From positions 6,137 through 70,136 of the forward strand of contig JAUIGL010000012.1 of assembly GCA_030430165.1 (NCBI GenBank): a stretch of 64,000 nucleotides of DNA, in the 5' to 3' direction. Source of the DNA: a bacterium. GTDB lineage: Bacteria > Desulfobacterota > Binatia > HRBIN30 > CADEER01. Made by a program: the position numbers and the translations under genes. Below are positions 30,404 to 39,654 of the stretch, piece after piece. The notes beneath the pieces are model-generated. The model was given only the letters and a program-made list of their open reading frames with translations. It ran no database searches and was not told the DNA's origin. Within the stretch, counting starts at the first letter, position 1. Each line of letters starts with the position of its first letter.

Positions 30404-31282
30404 ATGAGCGACAAGATCACCAGTCTCGACCACATCGTCGTGGCGGTCAGCGATCTCGATGCGGCGACCGCCGACTACGCGACGATGTTTGGTTTGGTCC
30501 CGTCGTGGCGCGGCCGGCATCCTTCCCAGGGAAGCGAGAACGCGTTGTTCGCCCTGTCCAACACCTACGTCGAGCTGATCGCGCCGGCCGGCGAGGGCGC
30601 GACCGGCGACCTCCTGCGCGCCCGGCTCGGTGCCGACGGCGAGGGGCCGGTGGCGCTCGCTTTCGGCACGCCGTCGCTCACCCGCTGTTACCGCGAGCTG
30701 GCGGGTCGGGGTATCGCGGTCGGCGGGGTGACCGCCGGCGAGGGCGTCGATTCCGGCAGCGGCGCGCGTCGCACCTGGCATTCCGCATGGTTGCCCGGCG
30801 AGGCGACTCGCGGCGTGCCGATCTTCGTCATCGAGCACGAGTCGGGAGTCTTGCCGGCGGCGCAGCCGCAATGTGCCGAGTCGGCCGCCGTCGACGCGGT
30901 CGACCACGTGGTCGTCATGTCGGGGGATCTCGACGCTGCCAGCGGAGTCTATGGAGAGACGCTCGGCTTGCGCCTGGCGCTCGATCGCGAGTTCCCCGAG
31001 CGCGGGGTGCGCCTGCTCTTCTTTCGGGTCGGCGGGGTGACGGTGGAGCTCGGCGGACGCATCGGCGCGGTCGAGGCCGCCAGCTCGACGGTCGACAAGC
31101 TCTGGGGAATCGCCTACCGGGTGGGGGATGTCGAAGCGGCGCAGCGGCGCTTGCGCGATGCTGGGGTCGCGGTGAGCGATACTCGAGCCGGCAACAAGAA
31201 AGGTACGCGCGTGTTCACGGTACAATCGGCGACGCATGGCGTCGCGACACTGGTAATCGGAGCGGACGAAAGCGATGCCTGA
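30404..31282 (+). CDS. VOC (glyoxalase/bleomycin-resistance/dioxygenase) family protein, two tandem VOC domains
   Basis: DHIVVAVSDLDAATADYATMFG and VDHVVVMSGDLDAASGVYGETLG modules are present. An RBS GGGAG lies upstream of the ATG. Confidence 0.75.
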   Translation: MSDKITSLDHIVVAVSDLDAATADYATMFGLVPSWRGRHPSQGSENALFALSNTYVELIAPAGEGATGDLLRARLGADGEGPVALAFGTPSLTRCYRELAGRGIAVGGVTAGEGVDSGSGARRTWHSAWLPGEATRGVPIFVIEHESGVLPAAQPQCAESAAVDAVDHVVVMSGDLDAASGVYGETLGLRLALDREFPERGVRLLFFRVGGVTVELGGRIGAVEAASSTVDKLWGIAYRVGDVEAAQRRLRDAGVAVSDTRAGNKKGTRVFTVQSATHGVATLVIGADESDA

Positions 31283-32264
31283 GGGCAGCGAGCGACACCT
31301 GTTGGCCGTCGACGTAGGCGGCACCAAGACCGACGTCGGTGTGTTCTCGGCAGGCGAGGAGCCGCGCCTGGTGCGCGAAGGGCGGTTCGCGAGCGCCGAC
31401 TACGCCGGCCTGGACCAGGTTCTGCACGAGTTTCTCGCCGGCGAGCGGGTCGCCGCAGCGGCGGTGGCGGCCGCCGGACCGGTGCTCGACGGCGAGATCC
31501 GCGTAACCAACCTGCCGTGGACCCTCGCCGAGTTGGCCCTGTCTGATCGCCTGGGTGGAGTGCCGGTTCGTTTGTTGAACGACCTCGCGGCGGCGGCGCG
31601 CGGTGTGGTGGAAATCAGCGGCGATCGCCTGCACCAGCTCAAGCCCGGCAGCTCGCGCGACGCCAATCGCGCGGTGTTGGCTCCCGGGACGGGGTTGGGG
31701 CAGGCTCTGTTGATTCGCAGCCCATCGGGGTGGCTGCCGGTGGCGACCGAAGGCGGTCACGTCGGCTTTGCGCCGCGCAACCGAGAGCAGATCGAGCTGC
31801 TGCGTTTCATGCAGCGGAGGCATCCCCAGGTTTCGGTCGAGCATCTGTTGTCGGGGCCCGGGCTCGGGGCGCTGTTCGACTTCGCGTGCGATGGGCTCGG
31901 CATCGCGCCGGGTGGCTCGGTGCCGGCGGAGGCCTCGCCTGGCGAGAAGGGGAGGCTGGCCGGCGAGGCGGCGCTCGCCGGAACCTGTGAGGCGAGCAGC
32001 CGCGCGGTCGTTCTCTTTACGAGCATACTCGCTGCGCGTGCTGCCGATCTCACGCTTTCGTGCATGGCCCTCGGCGGAATCTCGATAGCCGGCGGTATCG
32101 TTCCCAAGCTGCTTTCGGCGATCGATGGCGCGCGCTTCTGCGAAGCCTTCATCGGCGCCGGTCCGTTCGCCAAGCTGCTGGCGGACGTCCCGGTGCAGGT
32201 GGTCACCGAGCCCCGGGTGGCGCTGCTCGGCGCCGCCCACGTCGCCGCAGAGATGGTTGCGTAG
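31275..32264 (+). CDS. glk: Glucokinase
   Basis: LLAVDVGGTKTDVGVF is the N-terminal ATPase motif of the Glk family (PF02685). The 8-nt overlap with the upstream gene suggests translational coupling. Confidence 0.75.
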   Translation: MPEGSERHLLAVDVGGTKTDVGVFSAGEEPRLVREGRFASADYAGLDQVLHEFLAGERVAAAAVAAAGPVLDGEIRVTNLPWTLAELALSDRLGGVPVRLLNDLAAAARGVVEISGDRLHQLKPGSSRDANRAVLAPGTGLGQALLIRSPSGWLPVATEGGHVGFAPRNREQIELLRFMQRRHPQVSVEHLLSGPGLGALFDFACDGLGIAPGGSVPAEASPGEKGRLAGEAALAGTCEASSRAVVLFTSILAARAADLTLSCMALGGISIAGGIVPKLLSAIDGARFCEAFIGAGPFAKLLADVPVQVVTEPRVALLGAAHVAAEMVA

Positions 32265-32337
32265 GTAGCCGTCTGGGGACGGGTTGCGGGCAGGTGGTCG
32301 GCTGCGCGGCTGGGCTGGAGAAAAGGGAGGCGTTGGG

Positions 32338-33591
<1,254 letters not shown>

Positions 33592-33595
33592 TGTG

Positions 33596-33630
33596 TTCGG
33601 TCCGGCGTCGTCGGACGACGCCGGACCGAA
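33596..33630. terminator. Perfect 35-nt palindrome between convergent antiporter and secreted-protein genes; probable bidirectional terminator
   Basis: TTCGGTCCGGCGTCGTC-G-GACGACGCCGGACCGAA, every position pairs. Confidence 0.5.
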
Positions 33631-33633
33631 GCG

Positions 33634-36267
33634 TCAATCGTCGGTGAGCCAGTAGTTGCCGAAGAGGATGAACATCTCGTCCTGGGTGCGGAAGCCGCCG
33701 GTGAGCGGACACGCGTCGCAGTCGCCGTCTCCGGCGCCGCCGCTCGAGTCGCAGAACGAGTCGTTGCCGTTGCACAGCTGGTTGTGGTTCGGTCCGCCGA
33801 TACAGCGTGTCTCCGAAACCGCACACGGGCCGCCGATGCGAAAGGCGCCGAAGAGATTGCCGCCCGGAGGGGAGGTCGATCGCCGCTTGACCTCCTGGAT
33901 GTCTGTCGCCCCGTTGTCGTAGTGGGCGCAGTAGGTCAGCGAACGGTCTTCGACCGGGTCGGTGCCGGGCATGCGCAGGGGATCTTCGAAGCGGACCACC
34001 AGCGGATCGTTGTAGATGAAGTTGGTGTAGAGGAGGGCGTCCTCGGGGTCGCGGCCGCCGACCTCGCTGCAGGTCGACTGCGGACACATCTCCGGTTGGT
34101 AAGGCGAGCATGCCTCTCCGGCCTCGGCGCCGCCCTCGCACTCGAACATGCCGCGGAACACCTGGAAGCGTTTGCCGTGCTCGTGCATGTGGCCGCTGAT
34201 CTCGAACAGATTGGCGACCCGGTTCACCGGCAACGGCGAGTCGGCGTAGCGGTCGGGCGGGCGGCCGAAGGTGTGGATGTGGCAGGTTTCGAACTCTTCG
34301 AACGGCATCAGCTGGCGCGGCCCGCTGAGATCGACGAAGGGCACGTCCCAGAAGATCTTGTTGACGTTGAAGATCTGGGTCTGCGGGTAGATCTGCTCGT
34401 CGGGTTCCGGGAACAGGATGTTGACCCACGCCTCGAGCTTGCCGCGCCGTCGCGACAGATTGAAGGCGTGTGAGTTCCACAGGACGTTCCCCTTGATCGG
34501 CACGGTGTCGTACACGTCTTGCGGAAAGTCGAAGACGGTGGTGGTTTCCTGGGCAAAGGCGAACCCGCCCGAGGTCAGCGTGCTCAGCCCCTGTTGCGGG
34601 CCGAACCCGATACAGGCGATGGCGTCGTGGTCGGGCGCGGTTGCGCAGTCGCCGTCGCCGCAGAAGCCGAGCGCGGTCGGGTTGCAGACCTGGCCGTCCT
34701 TGGCGCCGCCGGTACAGCGGTAGGTTCCCCAGATCGGATCGTCGGGCTCGACGTTGCCGCGGAAGAAGTCGACGATCAGGTGGTGGCTGAGCGGATCCTG
34801 GCGGATCTCGACGCGATTGTAGTGGAAGCTCTTGCCGTCGGCGCTGAGGAACTGCGCCGGGATCTGGCCGGTGAGATCGTAGTAGCTGGTGTAGCAGACC
34901 TCCGACTCACTCTCGGGCTCGAGGTACCACATCGGCATGTGCAGCTGGATACCCTCGTTCGGGGCGGGCGGCTCGAGCGGCGGGATCGCGATCGGTTCGG
35001 GTTCGGGCAGGCAGGCGTCGAGCAGCTCGGCGGTTCCCGGGACGGTCTCCGAACGGGTTGCGCCACCGCTTTCGATCCACAACCGCAACGCCTCGACCTC
35101 GTCGAAGGTCAGCGAGTCGGGTCCGACCGGCATCGCCCGCAGCGGAGCGCGCACGTCGTCGAGCACCTTGGCGGCGACGTTGATCCACAGCAGGCTGTTG
35201 GCGCGGTTGCCGGGATCGACGATCTTGTAGCCTTGCGCCGTGGTGGCCGGCCGGTCGACGATCGCTTGGTAGGAGTTGCCGGCGGTGAGGTCGAGTCCGG
35301 CGGCGGGATTGGCCGAGCCGTGGCACAGCTCCGAGGTGCAGCCGCGGTTCTCGAAGATGGCGCGCTGGATCAGGTCGAACGTCGAAGGAAAAGTCTCGCA
35401 CTCGGCAATCGTGCAGTCGTTGCCGCATTCGTCGCCGACGAAGTCGTTGCCGTCGTCGCACTCTTCGCCGGTTTCCTGCACGCCGTTGCCGCAGACCGGA
35501 GCCGGGCACTCGAGGCCGGCATCGACGACGTAGACCAATCCGTTGACGCAGGAAACGCGGTCGACGACGCTGTCGAGCACCGCGTCGATGCTGCGGCCAT
35601 AGACCTCTTCGAATTCGGTGGGCGAGCAGCTCGACAGAATGCGCTTGCGCGAGCGATCGCGCACGCGGTCGAGGATCGTGTCGACGCGGGCGAGCTCGAC
35701 CTCTCTCTCCGACGGGCTGAGGTCCTCGTCGGCAATCCGGTTGAGCGCGCGTTGCTGGAAGCGCATCGCGTAGCGCAGGAGGCGGCCGGTTGCACGGACG
35801 CCCTGGCTGACGCAGCTGCGTTCCGGCTCCTGCGCCGCGGCGACTCTGCCGCCGGCCATGATCGGGCCCCAGACCGAGGAAACTACGGCGGTATCTGCCT
35901 CGCGGCAGGTGCTCTCGATGGATGCCAGGGCGGCGGCGAGATCGCTGTAGCCGAGCTCGCTGGCGGCGGTCTCGTCGCAGTAGCGTTGGACGAGGCTGGC
36001 GGCTCGCTGCTCGGCGGCCGCGGTTGCGGCGTCGAGTGAGTCGCGGTCGCAGATGCCGCCGTCGAGCTCGGCGCCGAGGCAGCGGTTGGTGCGCCGAATC
36101 GACAAGGTTGCGCAGAAGGACGCTGCGCGTCCGATCGCGTTCTGGCAGCGCGCTACTGGATCGCTGAAGTTGCCCCATTCGCCGAGCGGGGGCGCCGTTC
36201 CGGCGTAAGCCGGGGCTGTCAGCAAGAGTCCGGCAACGAGCCGGCAGAGAATCGATCGTGCAGGCAT
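33634..36267 (-). CDS. Large secreted protein with Cys-rich GEECDDGN repeat and cytochrome-c-like (PSCyt-like) domain carrying non-canonical CX4CH
   Basis: A signal peptide is followed by CGNGVQETGEECDDGNDFVGDECGNDC (Myxococcus Cys-rich repeat, TIGR02232-like). RGCTSELCHGS...GLDL...VDPGNRANSLL...MPVGPDSLTFDEVEALRLWIESG resembles a planctomycete-type cytochrome domain. An RBS GGGGGAG lies upstream. Confidence 0.6.
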   Translation of the reverse strand: MPARSILCRLVAGLLLTAPAYAGTAPPLGEWGNFSDPVARCQNAIGRAASFCATLSIRRTNRCLGAELDGGICDRDSLDAATAAAEQRAASLVQRYCDETAASELGYSDLAAALASIESTCREADTAVVSSVWGPIMAGGRVAAAQEPERSCVSQGVRATGRLLRYAMRFQQRALNRIADEDLSPSEREVELARVDTILDRVRDRSRKRILSSCSPTEFEEVYGRSIDAVLDSVVDRVSCVNGLVYVVDAGLECPAPVCGNGVQETGEECDDGNDFVGDECGNDCTIAECETFPSTFDLIQRAIFENRGCTSELCHGSANPAAGLDLTAGNSYQAIVDRPATTAQGYKIVDPGNRANSLLWINVAAKVLDDVRAPLRAMPVGPDSLTFDEVEALRLWIESGGATRSETVPGTAELLDACLPEPEPIAIPPLEPPAPNEGIQLHMPMWYLEPESESEVCYTSYYDLTGQIPAQFLSADGKSFHYNRVEIRQDPLSHHLIVDFFRGNVEPDDPIWGTYRCTGGAKDGQVCNPTALGFCGDGDCATAPDHDAIACIGFGPQQGLSTLTSGGFAFAQETTTVFDFPQDVYDTVPIKGNVLWNSHAFNLSRRRGKLEAWVNILFPEPDEQIYPQTQIFNVNKIFWDVPFVDLSGPRQLMPFEEFETCHIHTFGRPPDRYADSPLPVNRVANLFEISGHMHEHGKRFQVFRGMFECEGGAEAGEACSPYQPEMCPQSTCSEVGGRDPEDALLYTNFIYNDPLVVRFEDPLRMPGTDPVEDRSLTYCAHYDNGATDIQEVKRRSTSPPGGNLFGAFRIGGPCAVSETRCIGGPNHNQLCNGNDSFCDSSGGAGDGDCDACPLTGGFRTQDEMFILFGNYWLTDD

Positions 36268-36428
36268 GAATGCTCCCCCTACGTAGAACCCGAACTATAT
36301 CGGTCCGGCGTGGAAGTAGAAAGGCAGTCGTTTTGCGCGCGAGGTCGCACTCTGCGGCAATTTGGATGGATTGCGGGGGGCGGCGGCTTGCGTCACTCTT
36401 CGGCGGGTGCTTGACCGGACATTGTCCG

Positions 36429-38075
36429 ATGTTGCCGTTCGTGAAGAATCGATGGACGCGTTCCGCGGTCGTCGCGATCCTCTTCTTGCTCACCGGCAAG
36501 CTCGGTCACTTGGTGGCGATTCCTCCCGGCTTGGCGACACCGGTGTGGCTGCCCTCGGGGATCACGGTCGCGGCGTTCCTGCTTTGGGGGCGGCAAGTGT
36601 GGCCCGGCGTGTTCGCGGGTGCCCTCTTGATCTCGGCGCTGCAGACACAGGGCTCGTCGGAGCTCGGAAGTCTCTTGTGGGCGGCTGCTGTCTCGGTGGC
36701 GCTCGCCTCGGCGGTTACCTTGGAGTGTTTGGTTACCTACGGACTGTACCGCCGTTGGGGCGAGGATGGCCCCCTGTTGGCGAAGTCGCGCAACGTCACG
36801 GCGCTCCTGCTCGGTGCTGCGCCGATCGGCTGCATCGGCGCCGCGAGTCTCGCCACTCTGGTACTGGTCGGCAGCGGCATGGTCGAGTGGGGCAGGTTCG
36901 GCGAGACGTGGCTCACTTGGATGGTCGGCGACCTCGCCGGAATCTACACGCTGTCGCCGGCCATTCTGACGCTGGCGGCCGGTGGCTCGGTATGGATGAG
37001 TCGGCGCGACCAGGTGAGTGCAACCGTGGCCGTGCTCGGCCTGGCGCTGGTTTGCGGCGTCACCTTCTTTGTGCCGCTGGAGGGCTACCCGCCGCTGGCG
37101 TTTCTGCCGGCGCCGCTGGTGATCTTCGTCGCGTACCGCTTCAACGACATACTCGCCAGTCTGGTGGGGCCGGCGGTTGCCGGGCTGGCGCTGTTCGCGA
37201 CTGCGACCGGCGTCGGCCCATTTGGCAAGGTACCGACCAACGAGGCTCTGGTGGTCCTTCAGCTGTTCGTCACGGTTGGAATTCTGACGGCGCTGCTGGC
37301 GCGCGCGCTGGCCAACGAGCGCGATACCGCGGAACGCGAGGCGCAGCGGTTGAGTGCCGACCTGGCGCATCTGTCGCGGGTGACCATGATGGGCGAGATC
37401 GCGGCGGGCATGGCGCACGAGTACCACCAGCCGCTGGCGGCGATTTCCAACTACGCGAGCGCCATCCGGATCAAGCTGCGCGGCCACGAGGGTGCGGCTC
37501 GGGACATCGGCGAGGCGCTCGAGCGGATCTCGGACGAGGCGATTCGAGCGGCCGGGATCGTCGACCACCTCAAGCAGTTCCTGCAGAAGCGCGAGCCGGA
37601 ACGCGTTCCCAGCGACGTGAACGAGATCGTTGCCGACGCCGTGCGTTTGACGCGCACCGCGCACTCGTTTCCGGACATCGAAATCATTCACGAGCCGGCT
37701 GACGGCCCGCCCTCGGCCAACGTCGACCAGATCCAAATCACCCAGATCCTGGTCAATCTGCTCCTCAACTCGTGCGAGGCGATCCAAGCAAGTGGAAGAA
37801 GCGGAGGCGAGGTCCAGGTCGAAGTGCGCGAGCGGCCGGGCGGATGGCTGCGGATTGTGGTCTCGGACAACGGTCCGGGAATGGACGCCGCCGCCGCTCG
37901 CTCTTGCTTCGATCAATTCTATTCCACCAAGCAGGACGGTCTTGGGATCGGCCTGGGGCTCAGCCGCACCCTGGCGGCCTCTCACGGTGGCCAGTTGCGG
38001 CTGGTCGCGACCAGCGAAGGTGGGACGACTTTCTGCTTGGAGCTGCCGCTCGCGGAATCCGACGAGACCAGCTGA
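36429..38075 (+). CDS. Sensor histidine kinase with N-terminal MASE1 membrane sensor domain
   Basis: The MASE1-type TM region (AIPPGLATPVWLPSGITVAAFLLWG) is followed by the HisKA H-box EIAAGMAHEYHQPLAAI and a C-terminal HATPase_c (DNGPGM, GLGLGLS). Confidence 0.8.
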   Translation: MLPFVKNRWTRSAVVAILFLLTGKLGHLVAIPPGLATPVWLPSGITVAAFLLWGRQVWPGVFAGALLISALQTQGSSELGSLLWAAAVSVALASAVTLECLVTYGLYRRWGEDGPLLAKSRNVTALLLGAAPIGCIGAASLATLVLVGSGMVEWGRFGETWLTWMVGDLAGIYTLSPAILTLAAGGSVWMSRRDQVSATVAVLGLALVCGVTFFVPLEGYPPLAFLPAPLVIFVAYRFNDILASLVGPAVAGLALFATATGVGPFGKVPTNEALVVLQLFVTVGILTALLARALANERDTAEREAQRLSADLAHLSRVTMMGEIAAGMAHEYHQPLAAISNYASAIRIKLRGHEGAARDIGEALERISDEAIRAAGIVDHLKQFLQKREPERVPSDVNEIVADAVRLTRTAHSFPDIEIIHEPADGPPSANVDQIQITQILVNLLLNSCEAIQASGRSGGEVQVEVRERPGGWLRIVVSDNGPGMDAAAARSCFDQFYSTKQDGLGIGLGLSRTLAASHGGQLRLVATSEGGTTFCLELPLAESDETS

Positions 38076-38083
38076 GCTCGCCG

Positions 38084-39115
38084 TCAGCGCACGTCGGGGC
38101 CCACCGGGCGGCCGTCGACGATTTGGTCGAGGTACTCGGAGAGGCCGTATCCGGTCTTGCCGTCGCAGGAGTACTCGGTCATTCCTTCGGTGATCCGGGT
38201 CACCAGCGAATCGCCGGCCTCGGTCTTGCGCCGGTTGCGCAACGGGATCATCGACAGGACGCGTCCTTCGACCTCGAATTGGCGATCCTTGGTTTTTGCC
38301 CAGGCGCGGAGGTTGGTCTGGTACCAGTTCTCGTCCCAGGTGCTTTCGATGCGCGCGTCCTCGATCAGCGTATAGACGCCGTTCTGCAGCACCATGCCGC
38401 TGCGCCGCGGCTCGCCGTCCTCGCGGCCGATGATCGAGATCATCATCGCGAAGTCCGGGCCGAAGTTCATCGGCAGCCAGCGATACCAGTGCACGGCTTG
38501 CCAGTAGCGCGGTCCCCAGCTCTTGTCGCGCAAGCCGAAGCCTTCGATGTCCCAGGTTTCGTCGCCGATGGTGATGACGCCGCTGGCGGCGACGTGTTGC
38601 TCGTAGTGGGCTTTGGCGAAGGACTTCTCGGGATCGACCGGGATCTCGGAGCCATCCGCTTGCACTGGCTTGCCGCCGAACATCGGCGCGATGCCGCGGT
38701 AGTCGAGGTCGACGGTGCAGTCGACGATCGGATTGTTCTTGAAGGCGGCCGAGGGGTTCGCCATCTGCAGCGGCTCGTCGAGCAGGCAGATCTTTCCGTC
38801 GTAGTGAACCCGCAAGTGCTCGAAGGGCTCGACGACCTCGAAGTGCATGCCGCCGGCGCGGAGCTCGCGGTTGTGCTCGATCTTGGGGCGGCCGTACATG
38901 AAGCCGATGCGGCCGTCGGACAGGTAGATGCAGTTCGACATCTCGGCGTAGCCCTCGTGCACTCGGTTGCCGAGCCGGAACCAGCCGCCGATCTTGCGCC
39001 GCGGATCGAAGACGTTGAAGTACATACTTTCGTTGTAGTTCGACGCCGCGTCCGGCTCGTGGCAGAGCTCGTCTTCGGGCTCGAGGACATAGCGTATGCT
39101 GTCTCGATCGGCCAT
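38084..39115 (-). CDS. Hypothetical protein (344 aa, soluble, beta-rich; family not recognised)
   Basis: The ORF is clean, with the start at MADRDSIRYV. The NESMYFNVFD motif is faintly reminiscent of the CrtC/AttH lipocalin-like fold, but this is not reliable. Confidence 0.5.
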   Translation of the reverse strand: MADRDSIRYVLEPEDELCHEPDAASNYNESMYFNVFDPRRKIGGWFRLGNRVHEGYAEMSNCIYLSDGRIGFMYGRPKIEHNRELRAGGMHFEVVEPFEHLRVHYDGKICLLDEPLQMANPSAAFKNNPIVDCTVDLDYRGIAPMFGGKPVQADGSEIPVDPEKSFAKAHYEQHVAASGVITIGDETWDIEGFGLRDKSWGPRYWQAVHWYRWLPMNFGPDFAMMISIIGREDGEPRRSGMVLQNGVYTLIEDARIESTWDENWYQTNLRAWAKTKDRQFEVEGRVLSMIPLRNRRKTEAGDSLVTRITEGMTEYSCDGKTGYGLSEYLDQIVDGRPVGPDVR

Positions 39116-39221
39116 TTCTCGCTTCCTTTCGCTCGGCCACCGCCCGATGGATTGAACGGTTGCGGGCAAGTGGTCTAGATTCCGGCGATTCGAAGGGAAG
39201 CAGATCGAAGGAGATCCCACA

Positions 39222-39626
39222 ATGAGCAAGCTAGCGTTTCTGTCCGACGAGTGGATTGCGCAGGCGACTGCGCTCCAGGCCGAGTACCGCGAGCGCATGC
39301 CCCCGCCGGCGGTCAAGATGAAGATGAACCAGCTGGTGACCGGGGTTCCGTTCGGCTCCGGTGAGGTGAAGATGCACATCGATTCGTCGACCGGCACCGC
39401 GACCATGGGCAGCGGTCACGTCGACGGCGCCGACATCACCGTCACCACCGACTACGACACCGCCCGCCAGTTGTTCGTCGACAACAATCAGCAGGCGGCG
39501 ATGCAGGCGTTCATGCAGGGCAAGATCAAGGCGCAGGGCGACATGGCGAAGCTGATGGTGCCGCCGCCGCCGAAGAACGAGGCGCAACAGGAGTTCGAGG
39601 CCAAGCTCAAGGAGCTGACCGAGTAG
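39222..39626 (+). CDS. SCP2 sterol-carrier-like domain protein
   Basis: The C-terminal AFMQGKIKAQGDMAKLM is the SCP2 signature (GKLKIEGNMALAMKL-type), and the protein is about 134 aa. Confidence 0.6.
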   Translation: MSKLAFLSDEWIAQATALQAEYRERMPPPAVKMKMNQLVTGVPFGSGEVKMHIDSSTGTATMGSGHVDGADITVTTDYDTARQLFVDNNQQAAMQAFMQGKIKAQGDMAKLMVPPPPKNEAQQEFEAKLKELTE

Positions 39627-39654
39627 AGAGCGCGGCGCGCTCGACGGTTCTGCT

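Noticed and set aside
33634-36267. Canonical c-type cytochrome
   Set aside because: No CXXCH motif is present anywhere in the protein. Only CX4CH was found, so heme binding is flagged as hypothetical.
36393-39140. 915-aa minus-strand ORF
   Set aside because: It is antisense to the MASE1 histidine kinase and overlaps the real minus-strand gene 38084-39115 out of frame.
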